A DNA stretch of 64,000 nt, taken from NCBI GenBank assembly GCA_013239625.1, contig MU053652.1:4517902-4581901 (forward strand), read 5' to 3'. The position numbers and the translations under genes were made by a program. Source of the DNA: Lama guanicoe. Lineage: Eukaryota. Positions within the stretch are counted from its first letter, which is position 1; every line of letters begins with the position of its first letter. Shown here in pieces: positions 23,714-37,130 of this stretch. Below the pieces are notes generated by a model that was given only the letters and a program-made list of their open reading frames with translations, made no database searches and had not been told where the DNA came from.

Positions 23714-26700
23714 AGGTTACAGAGGGACACTGTATCACATGAAAGTTAAATGCATTACCTTGTCCTAATCTACAGATTAAACCATCCACAGGCCTCACCT
23801 TCCTCAGGATGTCACCAGTGGAACTACGTAGTCTAAGGCTAATATTTTACATATAAATATTTTTAAAAACATGAATATCCTTTCAGTATAGCTTCCAACT
23901 CAGTGATTCTCAATTCAGACTGTACTCTAGAATCATCCAGGGAGTTTTTAGAAATGGCCACTGAACTGCACCCCTAACCATAAATATTTTAAAAAGGCAG
24001 CCAGGTTGAGAACCACTATTCTAACCAAACTCTCAAACAGCCATAGTAATAATCTGAAATACGAGAAATGTGATCTGAAAGTATACTTAATATGAAGAAA
24101 CTGCCTCAAAGTTTTGGGAATTAGAATGAAGGGAGTGATTTTTTTTCAAGGGATAAAGAAATCAAATATGTCAATAAATTAGACATATTCCAATGTATCT
24201 ATTTCCTTGTAACCCCCAAAGAGTAACTAAAAGAAGTTACATTGTATTTGCTTGGATTTATAGAGCACTTTGGATTTAATAAACTTAAAAATGCTTAGCA
24301 CAGCTAATGGTGAGCATGTTATATAAAGATTCCTTAAAAATGAAAGGAAAGCAAATAGAGGAATATGTTTAATCCTAACACAATTTAGCTGATTATACAA
24401 AGGCACAACTTTATGATGCCCCCATGAACAACTTTCAGGCTGTAAAGGGCATACAAGGGCACTGTATGTGATTGATGGGAAAACAGCTGAGATGGGAGGT
24501 CCAGAAATGGCAGAGAAGGATACATCAATGGAGGGTAGAAAGTATTCTAAACAGGACAGAGCCAATAAAACAAACAGAAATGATAGCTAGGGAGATATGG
24601 GAGCCAATCAGTCCCCAAGTTCCCATCTTAAAACAAAACAGGTAATCTCACTGGACAGTTGTTAAGAATGATGAAAATCCGTCAGAGGAAACAATGTGAA
24701 AGTAACGCCATAAGATTCATGCAGAAAGGGAAAGAAGATGGTTAAGCTGCTCACCAATATTAGAATCTGCCTATGCTTCTGAAAGTTTATCAATGTTCTG
24801 CTTCATGTTATCCCATCAAAATGCCCAAAATTGTATACAAAGATGCTTCAATACAAATGTTCAATGATAGTTTATAATGATATAAAAAATGGGAAATAAA
24901 CTGAACCAAAGAAGTGGTAAATCCTTATTAAATCTACATTGTGGAATACTACACAGAGGTTAAGAAGAATGGAGTGGATCTATTCGCACTGAAACTGAGA
25001 AGGCACTGAGATATGTTAAGTAAACAAAAACAACAAAAAAGCAAGTTGTAAAACAATGTCAAGATCTCATTTATGTAAAAAAACAAAACCAAACAACCTC
25101 CCCAGGTTGTTTATATTTATATAAAATATAACATATATGCACAAAAATGGTGTGGAAGAATAAACATCTCTCTATAAACAGTAATAATCCCTAGGCTGAA
25201 GGAAGAAGAGATGGGGGTGGGGTGGTGAGGCTGGAGTGGAGTGAACTTTAATATTGTACTCTGTTGTGTTGTCTATTTTTGGTAAATGAGCACACACTTG
25301 TGTATTATCTTTTTGTGTATACTACTTTTTAAACAATATTATAAAAATTCTTTTCAATATTAGGTAGCAAAGCAAATATTTTCAAGCCATTTCTCCAGAC
25401 TAGAAAAGGAGACTGAAGGAAAAACAAATATTCATTTTTAAGACACAAACCCTATTTTTAAAGTAAAACAACATTGCCCTAGGAGAGTAACACTCCAGCC
25501 TACCCCTCAATAATTCAACTCATCAATCAGGTCAGTGGAATAGTAAAGAGAAAATCAGTTTTAGTGGCTCTCTTAAAACATCAGAGTATGTCTTTATTTT
25601 AGGGCAAAACGAAATTTCCATTTAAAACTACCAGTAATTCTTCAGATAAATAAAACTCTTTAGAGATAAGGAACCAGTTATATTTTGTTATTTCGTGATA
25701 CACCCAAACAATATCTATAATGTTAGAGGCTTATAGAATCAAGTAAAATCAAGAGTCATTGCAACAGAGGATTTTCCTTATGCCTATTATCAAGGGGATT
25801 TCACATCTAGAAAAATTTTATAAATGACTAATTACATCCCCAGAATAAAATACCCGAACAACTCTTGCATAATATGCTGAGAACTTTTGCAAACCCCAAA
25901 TGTTTTAATACAAATAAATGCTTTAGCCCACTAACGCTATCAGGGCCCTGGAAGGATACAGTATAGTTTTGTTACTGTGTAACATAAAGAAATGTAACAG
26001 ATTGATTCACTGTGCTTTACACGGAAAACTACATGTAAGTTTGAGGCGTAACATCTAGATACAGTGATAAAAGAAGATTTTCAGAGTAAAAGCCAAGTGA
26101 TCTGGCTTTATCATTTATCCATCTCTCTTTCCTTTCCCTTTTCAATTAACCTTTAATCCTGCCCCTCTACAGATTCCTCCATTCTGCCAATCGATACTTC
26201 TCAGGTCATCACAACCCAAAAATCAGTCTTTCTCAAACCCCGGTATTTCTTCAAGTGTGCTCCTCCCTCTCCTTCACCCACAGTCTCTAGGAATTGCTAT
26301 CTCTGCTTCCTCACCACCTACTGTTACCCTGATATATGGCTTTTTATCTACCACTGATGAAACCGCCTAGAAGTGTCAACAAGGACCACCTGCTGGACAA
26401 AGGTTCTGCTACCTTAACCTCTCTGCAGCTGGCAGTGAAAACTCGGCACTTTAGTAAATTTTTAAAAATGCTCTTTGTGCCCACATATTGTCCAAGTAGA
26501 AACAAAGGCTATCTCCCCAAGACAAAGGATCTATACTGTGAGATGTGAGAAGAGTATAAAACAACTTCTTATACAGGGCGTCTGAAGAACCACATTATCG
26601 CAGTTATTTCTGAAGCATCTTTCTTTTTTCAACCAAACTGAAATCAAATGATAGAAAGCTAAAAGACCTCTCTCTTTCTTCATCATGAAAGCTACACATC

Positions 26701-26917
26701 AATGGATAACAGAATTATTAGGAAAACATGATCCATTACATAAATGAAGGACTTGGTTGAGTTTTTAGATCTAGAGGTAAATCAACAGTTGTGAAAAATT
26801 CATCTTTCCATCTCCCATTTCTCAAATGACCTATAAGTTTCTCTCCCTCAAATTCTGTCCCTCCCTCACTAAGGGTAAGATTTATTATTTTTTCTTAAAC
26901 AAACAAACAGAAAACTA

Positions 26918-27150
26918 GACCTGCACTGTCCAGGACACTAACTACTAGCTGCATGTGGCTACCAAGCACTTGAAATGTGGCTAGTGTGAATTAAGATGTG
27001 GTGTAGATTTTATATTTATATCAAAAGAATGGTATTTTGTATGTATTGGATTAAATAAATTATTAAAATTAATTTCACATGTTTTAAATATTCACTTGTA
27101 AATTTAAAATTACGTATGTGACTTGTATTACATTTCTATTGGATTGTACC
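26918..27150. mobile_element. MER3/MER33-like hAT MITE
   Basis: CTGCACTGTCCA...ACTAGCTGCATGTGGCTA...CACTTGAAATGTGGCTAG...TTTAAAATTACGTATGTG...TTTCTATTGGA. Confidence 0.6.
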
Positions 27151-29859
27151 ACATTAGAAACACAAACTAAAGAGCTAGAACAGAAAAGGTATCAAGTAAC
27201 TATCATACTTCTGCAGTATGTCACCAATAATGGTCTCCTGCAAAGTTATTTTCATGAACTGTTCCATTTAATTTATAAGGAGAAAAGTTAACAGCATAAA
27301 TTTGAATTTCTTTCAATAACAATGATAAGCCTTAAGAATCAGTATATTTTACTCATTCAAAAATTTCCTTGAAAGATCTAAATTCTTCCCCTATCTCTCT
27401 TACTTCTTAGTCACTTTTTTAAATAAAAATCCATTGGTCACAGAACACTTAAAAGTAAGTTGTTTCAGGGAAATTTAGATGTCTGGATTAAATTTAACTT
27501 CTTAAAACATTAACACTAAATGACCCCACAGTCATTCCGGATGACCAAAGACCCATTGCTCAATGTAAATAGCGGGAGAAAATGGGTGTGGTGGTAAAAT
27601 TCCAGTTCTCTGAGCTGGATATTCAGGGGAGTTAAAAAACAAAAGGCATTCTTCTATAGTGCAGCAAAAGCAGAATCTCATTGCTTAAGTGTCTACTTCA
27701 ATTGGGGATTGAGGGCAAGAGCCAGATGGCAATTTAACTATACTAAGCCTCAGGTTATAAAATCTAGGAATTAAAGCTATCTGGTTATCTACCTGACATT
27801 CTCACTTTCAGACCTTAGCATAGTACCACTAATGGATTATCACATTAAAGTAATAATGTCATCCTTCAGATTTGGTAAGTCATAATGACAAACTACTTAT
27901 TCAATGTTACTCTAGCGATGGAACAGAAAAGGAACATTAGTTTCACTAATACATTCTAATTAAATTACTTGTGTGACTGACAGCATTTATAAGACAGTTG
28001 AATATATAAAAGTGCAAAATTTGTCTGTAGAAGAGCTTTGAAATGATAAACTATTATTTAGGTTTTATTAGTTCTATAACCAAAGAACCCCAGTACAAAC
28101 TTAAATTTTTTCTTGCTACAAAGAAAAAAATTTTCCTTAAGAAAAAAGTTCTAGAAATCCTGGGAGAATGAAAGTTTCCTTTTCGCTGATGAAAACTTCA
28201 ATACATAATTAATTGCCATAGGAATGCTATGTAAAATGTAGGGACAAGAGTTTTGATTTCTAGTTGTAATTTTCTGTGCACGTGTAAGATGCATAAAATT
28301 CTTGGGAATTTGGCAGTTACTTTAGCTCAATCTTCCTTTAGTGCCAAATATAAATAAATAATTTAAAAACCCTAAATGAAAAGATCTATCTACTATGATC
28401 ACTCTGGATGGAAGTGATCTGTACACATTCCTCTAACTTGTTTGTTCCACTCCACAATAATGATTATAGGCTACCTTAAGTTGTCTCCATAGCGCCTCTA
28501 CAGATGGACATTTTTGGGACGCAGGGATCTCAGCTAATATAAATTAATACTCCTCTATAGTCCCTAAAACAGTGTTTTGCACTTTTAATCTACAAATACA
28601 CTTTACTGGATTAGTTGGACAGTACTTGGCAGCAACATACTTCCTGCCTGCCACCAGTGCTTCCGAACCCAATTCCCCTTACTGGATCCGGCCATCAGCC
28701 AGCAACAAGAAAAGTGTTATTTAGGCTGTTTTAACTCTAATACATAAATTATAATATCAACAACACCCATATTTAAGAGTTCCTAGAGAGAGAGGATCTA
28801 GGACCTCATGTCCTAGCAAGCATCTCCAATGGCTATTCCTGGCTATACACACTTGTGCTTCCAACACCCCTGGCACAACTGTGTGTGTGCCGCACACACA
28901 GAAAATGCGTGCTAAAATCAATGTACTGATCTCCAGTACTGGTGTAACGTATGTACAATGTCATCAGTAAGTACCTTTTGACACATCACTGGACAAATGG
29001 AAGCAAATAACTATATTAAGAGTTATGACTAGGAGTTGATTTCAAAGATGTATCCGAGTACTACCTACTCAGGCATACTCAATTCATCTTGATCAGCTCA
29101 TGTTTCTCCTAGCTGTGATTCTCAAAAGACTCATACTGGAGACACCTGAATCACTGTAAATCTCAGATTACGTCTAGGCAAATTCATCCTCTCTCCACAC
29201 AAATACAACTTACAGGTTATCTCTGGACCCTCACTTGTACTATATTACGTAAATTCTTCAGTGATGACTATGGTTTGGTACCTGGTTAACTAAATATACT
29301 GATTGAGGACAAATATGCATTTGTCTTGTGTCAACTTTCATTATATGGCAAAGAATAATTTATCAGAAATTCCATGGTTTCTTACCCCCCAGCTACAAAA
29401 ATAAATTAAAAATTTTACTCCTGATTCACTAACGTTGACTTGATGGTTCATACCAGGAAGCGAATGCAATTCAACTCTCAAAGACACTTTTCTGGGATTT
29501 TATACACTTAGGAATTCAGATCAAAGGCTCTAAAGTTTTAGAAGGAGCCCTACCGAGCTTTGCCTCTATGCAAAAGCACCTTTCTGAACGGCAAATCACA
29601 CTACTCTTAATTAGGGAAGCTGTCGGGAATTAAATTTACTTATCACAGCATGCCAAAAATCAGAAGTAGGGTCTGGGTCTCGAAAACAAAGTAAAAATGC
29701 AATTCCTTAACGAAGCTTTTAAAACTATTTTCTGTCACTGACTGAAGCATGCAGCCAACATGGAAACTCGAAATATTTGTCTTTTTTTTTAAATTATCAA
29801 GAGTTTAAAAAAAAATCAGTGTCTTCAGGCTTTCTTTCCCCGTTGCTTCTACACCCTCA

Positions 29860-31050
29860 AAGTCAGCGAACACGACTTCCTTGGCCGATGCACCGTCCTC
29901 TCGGGATGTGGCCTTGGGGCGGGGCTGGTGGACACAAGCAGGCCGGTGTGTGGGAAGTGGCCGGGAGCTGTAACAATAACGCTATCTGACTGCCCTCCAA
30001 CCTTCAGGAGGCAAACAAGAATGACCCTTTAGGACGAGGGACTTGGTGACTGACGGGGCCCAGGGACAGAAGACGTGGCAAGCCAGGCACAAAACAGTAC
30101 AACACAAGACAGAAAGCCGGGAGTCGGAGTTCGCAGGGACCCAGGCGCTTTTCCAGAGCTCGTCGGAAGGCGAGCGGCGGCCTCCGATCCAGGCTGCGCG
30201 CCGGAGGCCGGGCAGTCGTGAGCAGGCTCAGGCCCCGGAGCCCCGAGCTAGCAGATACAGGGGCCCCAAGCCAAAGAAGCCCTGACGCACCAGGAACTAG
30301 GCTCAAATGACAAAAAGAAAGTGAAAAAGGAGGCGGCGGCGGAGGGGCCGTGCACCGCGATACTCACCTTTCCTTGTAGCGCCCACAGCCCAGGGTGCCG
30401 CGGCCGCCGCTCACCCACCGGCTCAGCTCCGGCGCACAAGCACCGCCCCACCGGAAGCGGCTCCGCGCTCCGCCCCCATCCGCCTCGCCGGCAGCTCCGA
30501 ACCAATCATCAACAAACCTGTAGCGGACGCATAGCTTTCCCGGACAGCCATTGGTCCCACGGCCACGTAGTCGTGATTGGCTGGAAAGCGCCACGTCCCC
30601 GCGAGCGCGCCGAGTTGCGTGGACAGGATTCCCGCCCAACCCTTGTCCCCGGCCCTGTGGGGTTGGCGGGCCCCAGCCCCTTACTCCTGGTGGCTTGTGG
30701 ACGCGGCTGTCTGGCCGCCACGTCCCGGTTCCCAGTTCTTGACTCGGCGTCCATGGGGCTTCTTAGATTACCCGACCCACAAGTACCCGAGGCCGAATTA
30801 ATCCGACTCTTACTAGTCGCCAACTGTATTGAACAATCCCAGCGTCTCCTTTCACTTCCGCGCTACAGCCCAGATCCTACCCGAGGCTCTTCACTCGCTG
30901 GCTCCGGCTTCATCTCCCACCACTCCCTCTCATGTATCTTGTGCTCTGGTCACGATCATCTCAGGTGTTTCCTAACAGTCCGCCTTTCCACATCTTTATA
31001 GTCTTTCGTTATCAAGCGACCTCCTGCACCAGGGGTGAGTGCGTTTTCCA
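29860..31050. promoter_or_regulatory. CALU: CpG island and TATA-less promoter of CALU
   Basis: High GC and CpG density; GC boxes; ETS sites CCGGAAG at 30451 and CACTTCCG at 30853; CCAAT/ATTGG at 30502, 30550 and 30576; four ACGTGGC/GCCACGT boxes. Confidence 0.9.
30368..30470 (-). other. CALU: CALU non-coding exon 1 (TSS approximate)
   Basis: Minus strand ...GGCGCTACAAGGAAAG|GTGAGTA is a strong donor at 30367, inside the CpG island. Confidence 0.85.
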
Positions 31051-31959
31051 GATTCTCTGCCTTGTGAATGACAATAGAAGTCCCGGTTCACAGAAATCTC
31101 GGTTCAGAGGTTAGATTTAGAAGCCTTTCCTGACCCCTCTAGGCATAGTAATTCCTCCGTTATTTGCCTTCATAGCACTTTGCATCGTCAGTACAATTCG
31201 CCAAATTTTGGTATAAACGCTGCGTATCCATTTGTCCTCCTCTAAGCTAAGGGTACAGCTGTGCGTTTATTCATCTTTGTACCTACAGCTCTGAGCTTAC
31301 TGCCTAGTTCAAAGTAAATGCTTAATCATGTTAAGTGAACTGAATGGGTGGAACCCATTGCATGTCCCTGATTTAAGAGGAATATAGGAAATTACTAATT
31401 TATTCATTCATTTTCAAGTCATCAAATTAAAATTAAATTAAACGAGGGCTACTGTGTTTGCAACATAAGTGGATTATAAACCTACTGTATTCATAGTACA
31501 TAAAACTTCAGTATTTTAAAATCCAGTTGAGACAAAGCTGTACGCTCATGACAGAGTAAAATATAAAGCAACTTAGTTTATTTTAAACATCAAGATGAGA
31601 GGTTGACAACCAATGCTTTGGGAATTTGGATAAGGTGTGGCTGTGACCCATAGTGGTAGCCAGGAAGGGTTTCCTAAGAAGGTATGACTCAGGCTGGACT
31701 AAGAAATTCCCAAATGCACTATTCAGCAAAAGATATAACAAGAACAAGGGCAAGTGGGGGACAGAGTAGGAGGAAAATCCTTAGGCCAAGTAGAGAATGA
31801 GGGAGGTAAAAAAAGGGGAGGGGGTGGAGAAGAGGGGAGTGGGGGAGCCTGAGCTGAAGGCAGTGGGAATTGTGGGTCTTCTGAAAGTTTGTAAGCTTGT
31901 GCCTACATGGGAAGTGGAATATGACTGAAAGTAGACCAAACTCTCTCATGGTGCTTATA

Positions 31960-34580
31960 TTCTTGTTAGGTGGCCAATAAATAAGAGAAAAAAGCAAAAT
32001 ACATAGAATGAGGGTTGATGATAGGTAGTATGGAATAAAATAAGGTAGGGAAGGAGAAAAGGGAGTGCTGGGACTATCAGGAATGGTGTTGCAATCTTAA
32101 AAGAGGTGGCCAGGGAAGGCTCATGAATATGATGACATGTGAGTGAACATCTGGAGGTGGTGTGAACAACATCCCAGATAAAGGGAAGAGCAAGGGCAAA
32201 GGCCCTGAGCTAAAGCCTGCCTTGATTGTTTGAGCTGCAGCAGGAAGCCAGTGGGACTGGAGTGCAGTAATTGAGGGGTGTAGAGGACATGAGGTCAGGG
32301 AAATAGTAGCAGGGATGGGGGTGAAGGCGAGAGGGACACCATGAAGGGCCTTTGGCCCATTGTAAGGACTTTAGCTTCTACTATGAGTGAAATGGTGTGG
32401 AAGAGACAGGCTAACTAGTTACCAAACTCTTTCCTCTTCATTCTGTGAACAGAGCTAGACTACATTTCCCAGGCTTTCTTGCAGAGTGGCCATGTGACTG
32501 AGTTCTGGCTAAGGGAAGAGATGCAGAAATGATGTCCACTACTTCCAGTACTGGCCATGCAAACCTGCCATGTGCCGTTCTCCAAGCTCTTTCTCTTTCT
32601 GTGGCAACCCTAGAAGCTCTGTGGTGCAGGTGGCAAGTCACAATATGGAAGGGGCCCAGGGTCCTGTCCATTCACTGGACAGGAACACCCTTTTGGACTT
32701 TCTTGTGAGTAAGAAATGAACTTCTATTGGTTATTTTATGTCATTGATATTTGGGGCTTATCTTTTACAGAGGTAGAATTACCTTAACACATATGGGAAA
32801 ATATTGGAAGTTTTTGAGCAGAGAAGGGACATGACCTAAGATTTTTAAAGGGCCGCATTAGACTGAAGGGGGTAAGATTAGAAACAAACCACCAACTTAG
32901 AGGATTTTTGCAACAATCCAATTGATGATGATGATGATAGCTTGGTCCAGGGCGGTAGCCATGGAATTAGTGAGAAGTATCAGATTCTGCATATATTTTG
33001 AAAGTATTTTAAAAAGATTTCCTAATGGATTGGAACTGGGGTGGAGAGGAGTCAAGGATGACTCCAAGGTTTTGAGCACTAGAAAAATAGAGTTGCCATT
33101 TTCTAGGATAATAAAGACCTTGCAGGGAACAAGTCTTGAGGGATAATATTGAGGGATTAGTTTGGGACATGCTGAGATGTCTGTTAGATATTCAAATGGA
33201 AATGTTAATTAGGCAGTTGGAGTTCATAGTGTTCTGGTCTAGAGATATGAAATTGGGAGTAATTGGTATATGTGTAAACCATGGTAAAACCATGAGTTTT
33301 GATTAGAAGAGACCCAAGGACTGAGTCCTGGAAATTTTTAGTGTTTGGAGATGATGTGTACATGTGGTGTGTTGTTGATGAGAATGAATCAGCAAAGGAA
33401 ACTGAGAAGAAAAGCCAGTGGAGGAGGAGAGTATAATGTTCAAGAAGCCAGGTGAAGGAAGTGTTTCCAGGAGAAATCACATATGCCACATGCTGTTAAC
33501 AGTGAGATGAAAACTGACTGGCCATTGGCTTTAGCAATGTGAGGATCAGGTTTGGTGGGATAGTGGGTGCAAAAACCTACTGGAAAGGTTCAAGAGAGAA
33601 TGGGAAGCAAGATATTGGAAACCATTGGGGGTTTACTAGAAAAAGCATCAGAGTAGGGAGAGGGACCAAGAGAGGTTTTTTTTTGTTATTTTTTTAAGTG
33701 GAAGAAATAACTGTGTGTAGGAGAAATACCAGCTTGTTTGTTGCTCATGGGAAGGATCAGAAGAGATGATCAAATAGATGATGTAGGGAAGAGGAGGCAA
33801 AGTTGCTGGAGCAATGTCCTTGAGACAGTTCTTCCATAGTAGCCAGGAGAGAAACTAGATCTACCTGTCTGGCTCCAGATAAGTGATAAACATGTGGTGA
33901 GACCTTGGAGTTCCCTTTCCATTGCTACTACGTTCTCAGTGAAATGGGAATCAGGGTCATCAGGAAGCACTGGGGGTTTAAGGAGGGAGGAAGTGTAAAA
34001 TAGCCATTCAGCAAAGAGAACAGATGAAGGGAACATAGTACGATCTCAACCACATTAAAGACCCTCTTGAGGCTTGAGATTATGACTTTGAGGTGAGACT
34101 GGTTAGTATGTCATGTGGTTTTCTCCAGGCAAGTTTAGCGACATGGTGCAGCCTGGAGTTGGTGGAGAGTTGGATGTTGCCAGTGCACAGAATGAAGTGG
34201 AAGAGACACGAAGGTGCTGAGGGTGCGTGCAAGGGAGTGATGATACTCATGACAGATTGTGGAATCTAGGCTGGAGGGAAGGGGAATGAGGATGTGAGGA
34301 GAGTGAGGGATAGTGAAAACCCAGAAGGAGCAAGAGATTGCAGGATTGGTGGAGTTGAAGGATTACTGAACTCAGGGAGAGATAGGAGGTGGTAGAGTTG
34401 GAGAGTAGGAACAATGGGGGTGGGGTGCAGCTATTAATGACAAACTCCATGGTAAAATCAGGGGACTCTGTGGCTGAGGGTGGAAGACAGGATCGCTGGG
34501 CAGCAGTTCAAGGAACAGTCACCAGGGTATGGGAAGGATCATCTATGTGGATATTGGAATCACCAGGAATTAGGACCTAA
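31960..34580 (-). mobile_element. Degenerate LINE-2, interrupted by a MaLR LTR (~32430-32790)
   Basis: Minus-strand remnants resemble the L2 ORF2 end (LESSLTP...MQNLILLTNSMATALDQAIII); the insert has MLT1-like GACTACATTTCCCAGG...GGCCATGTGACTGAGTTCTGGC. Confidence 0.65.
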
Positions 34581-34765
34581 CTCATCCTTGGCGACAGCGA
34601 GGTGATCCAGGAACTTACTTTTTAGCCCTCCAACCATTTCAGTCTGAAAACCACTTCAGTGAAAAAAAAGACCCTACTAGGATATCTTAAATTAAAGCAA
34701 GACATCCAAAAAAGCTTTCCAGTTGAAAGGTTGGGCAGCTTTTCTGAAACACTCATAGTCTGGCT

Positions 34766-34771
34766 TTTATT
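34766..34771 (-). terminator. Candidate FAM71F1 poly(A) signal
   Basis: First canonical minus-strand AATAAA I found downstream of the stop at 35902. Confidence 0.4.
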
Positions 34772-35901
34772 GAATGTGAATATTGTGCATGTTAAAGAGA
34801 GGCCAGTCCATGGGCGGTCTGGCAGGCCCTCCTTAGTGACTCAATTAATCTATAGTTTGTGAACCCTTGATTTTACCTGTACTTTGAGCCTTGAACCTCT
34901 GATTTACCTGTGCTTTGAGCCTGTGTCTTCTCTTTTTGGAATCTTCAATTTCAAAAGCACTAACAAGGTATGTCAACATTTCAAGGAGGTGTCATATGCC
35001 AAAGAAATTGAGCCAGTGTTTGTAGGGCTGGGATGACAGCAAACTCGGAAAGTTTTAACACAAAAAGAGAAACTCCCCTTCCACACACACCTTGTCTTAC
35101 CACCTCCTGAAGGAAACTTTCTGTAGCCTCAAACCCAAACCTCCATTTGGAACAGCAGGGCTGGGCTAGCAAGTCTGAGTTAGGGAATGCACTAAAGAAG
35201 GGGTAGATGGTCTAAAGCTTGAATCAGAAAAGAGACTAACAAGAAAAGTTGGCAAAAAGGGAAATTTAAGGAGAGGACCTCGGCTAAAATTCATTTCTGG
35301 TCCCTCAGCCTTGTCCAGAGTAGTCTGAGCAGAGAAGAAAATACATATCTCTTTTGGTATATGGCCTTACTTTTAAGTTTTAAATTAGATAAATAGAAGC
35401 TTGGTGAGGCATTGCTCAGTGGTGTAATTGTCCTCTCTTCTGTTTCCTTCTGTTACCACTTTTCAGCATCTCCCCTCTTCTCTGACTCCCTCCTTCCACC
35501 TTCCTTTTCACCTCCAATTTGTTCTCTTCCACCTCTCCTCTGGTTCTGTTTCTGTTTCCTTCCTTCTTGCCTCCTCTTGGTCCTGGCCCTTCTGAAATCA
35601 CGTCTTCTTGTGGCCTCCCTGGGGGTGGAGTGGAGGTGCACTGTGGTGATGTGTGGAGTTGAGGACATGAAGTTTGAAGTTCCGTGCTGGAATGATGCTG
35701 GAATGAAGTTTCTCACTGGGAGCCATGCTTCCAAGTGGTTCTTCAAGGAAAGGCTCTGCTGTCAGGGTGAGATGATTCTAGTTTTTCCTTAGTTGCAGCT
35801 TTCTCTTCCCCTGCATCCAGCTAGAGTCCCTCAGAAAGCTGAATGCTGCAGAGTGGCGTTGGTGAGGGCTGCAGAGATTTCCCCCCATGTGAAAGGGTGG
35901 C

Positions 35902-35915
35902 TCAAATAAAACTTC
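35902..35915 (-). CDS. FAM71F1: FAM71F1/GARIN1B last coding exon
   Basis: Pyrimidine tract TTTTTCTCTCCAACACTAACAG|GA AGT TTT ATT TGA gives (G)SFI*, matching the recalled human end GNSI*. Confidence 0.8.
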
Positions 35916-36566
35916 CTGTTAGTGTTGGAGAGAAAAATATTCATTAAGATGGAACTTACCTTAAAAGCTCTTCCATGGGCACCTAGATACTTCTGTCAAT
36001 TTTTTTTACATTGTCAACCATTAAAAATAGGTAACTTGTAAGAGTTAGTGGTTTATTGATAATATTGTACTCTAGACAACATAAACCACTTGTACCTTCT
36101 TTAAGGATCTAGCTCCGGTCAGACAGAGGCACATAGGAAGTACTTGATGAGTGGCTGTTAAATGAGCACATGGATGGATGGATGAGGCTTGGAGCTGGAA
36201 AGATAAGGGCTGGGCCCCAGAGAAGGTTGACCCCTACCCCATCCCTCCTGGCCTAGCTCCTTCTCACTCTCCACAGCAAAAGTTTAGGCCTCCCTGAGAG
36301 CTCTGGAAAGGACAAGGAGCTCCCCACCTCTGCAGAGGTAGCTCCTCGTGCCTCCCACCCAGCAGGGAGAAGGCAGCTCTAGTGACAACAGCTAGTCACT
36401 CTGTCCCTTACAGGAATGCCCAAGGGGCCTCTGGTGGCTTCGAAGGTGCCACATCTAGGGCTTTCACTCAGCCTAGTTGGAGGGGGAGAAGAGCAGGGCA
36501 GGAAGAAAGAGGGTTGAGGTGGCTGTGGCTGGCCCCCCACTCCCCCACCACAGCCTCCTGGAATCA

Positions 36567-36857
<291 letters not shown>

Positions 36858-36879
36858 TTAATTGACAGTGCACTCTCAC

Positions 36880-37130
36880 AGATTCCAGCCAGCCTTTGTG
36901 AGGTGCTTATTATGGGCCAGGCACTGTTCCAAACAATTACACACATTAATGCCCTTTTAATCCTCACAACAACCCCAAGAGGTCAGTGCTGCCATGGTCC
37001 CCATTCAATGCATGAGAAATCTGAGGCCCAGCAAGGTTAAGTCACTTAACCATGGTCACATAATGAGCAGGCAGGGCCAGAATTCAAAGCCAGATAGCCA
37101 GGCAACAGAGCCCGTGGTTTTACCACTACA
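36880..37130 (-). mobile_element. MIR
   Basis: GTGCTTATTATGGGCCAGGCACTGTTC...TTTAATCCTCACAACAACCC...CTGAGGCCCAG...AGGTTAAGTCACTT. Confidence 0.7.

Noticed and set aside
28490..28507. CTCF-like motif (another near 50311)
   Set aside because: Only a partial match to the core consensus.
30500..30600. Canonical ERSE (CCAAT-N9-CCACG)
   Set aside because: The observed spacings and orientations (N2, N8, N10 after ATTGG) do not match exactly; reported only as a motif cluster.
30321..31001. 226-aa plus-strand ORF and other overlapping ORFs at the CpG island
   Set aside because: High GC content depletes stop codons; the start is non-ATG and no domain is recognisable.
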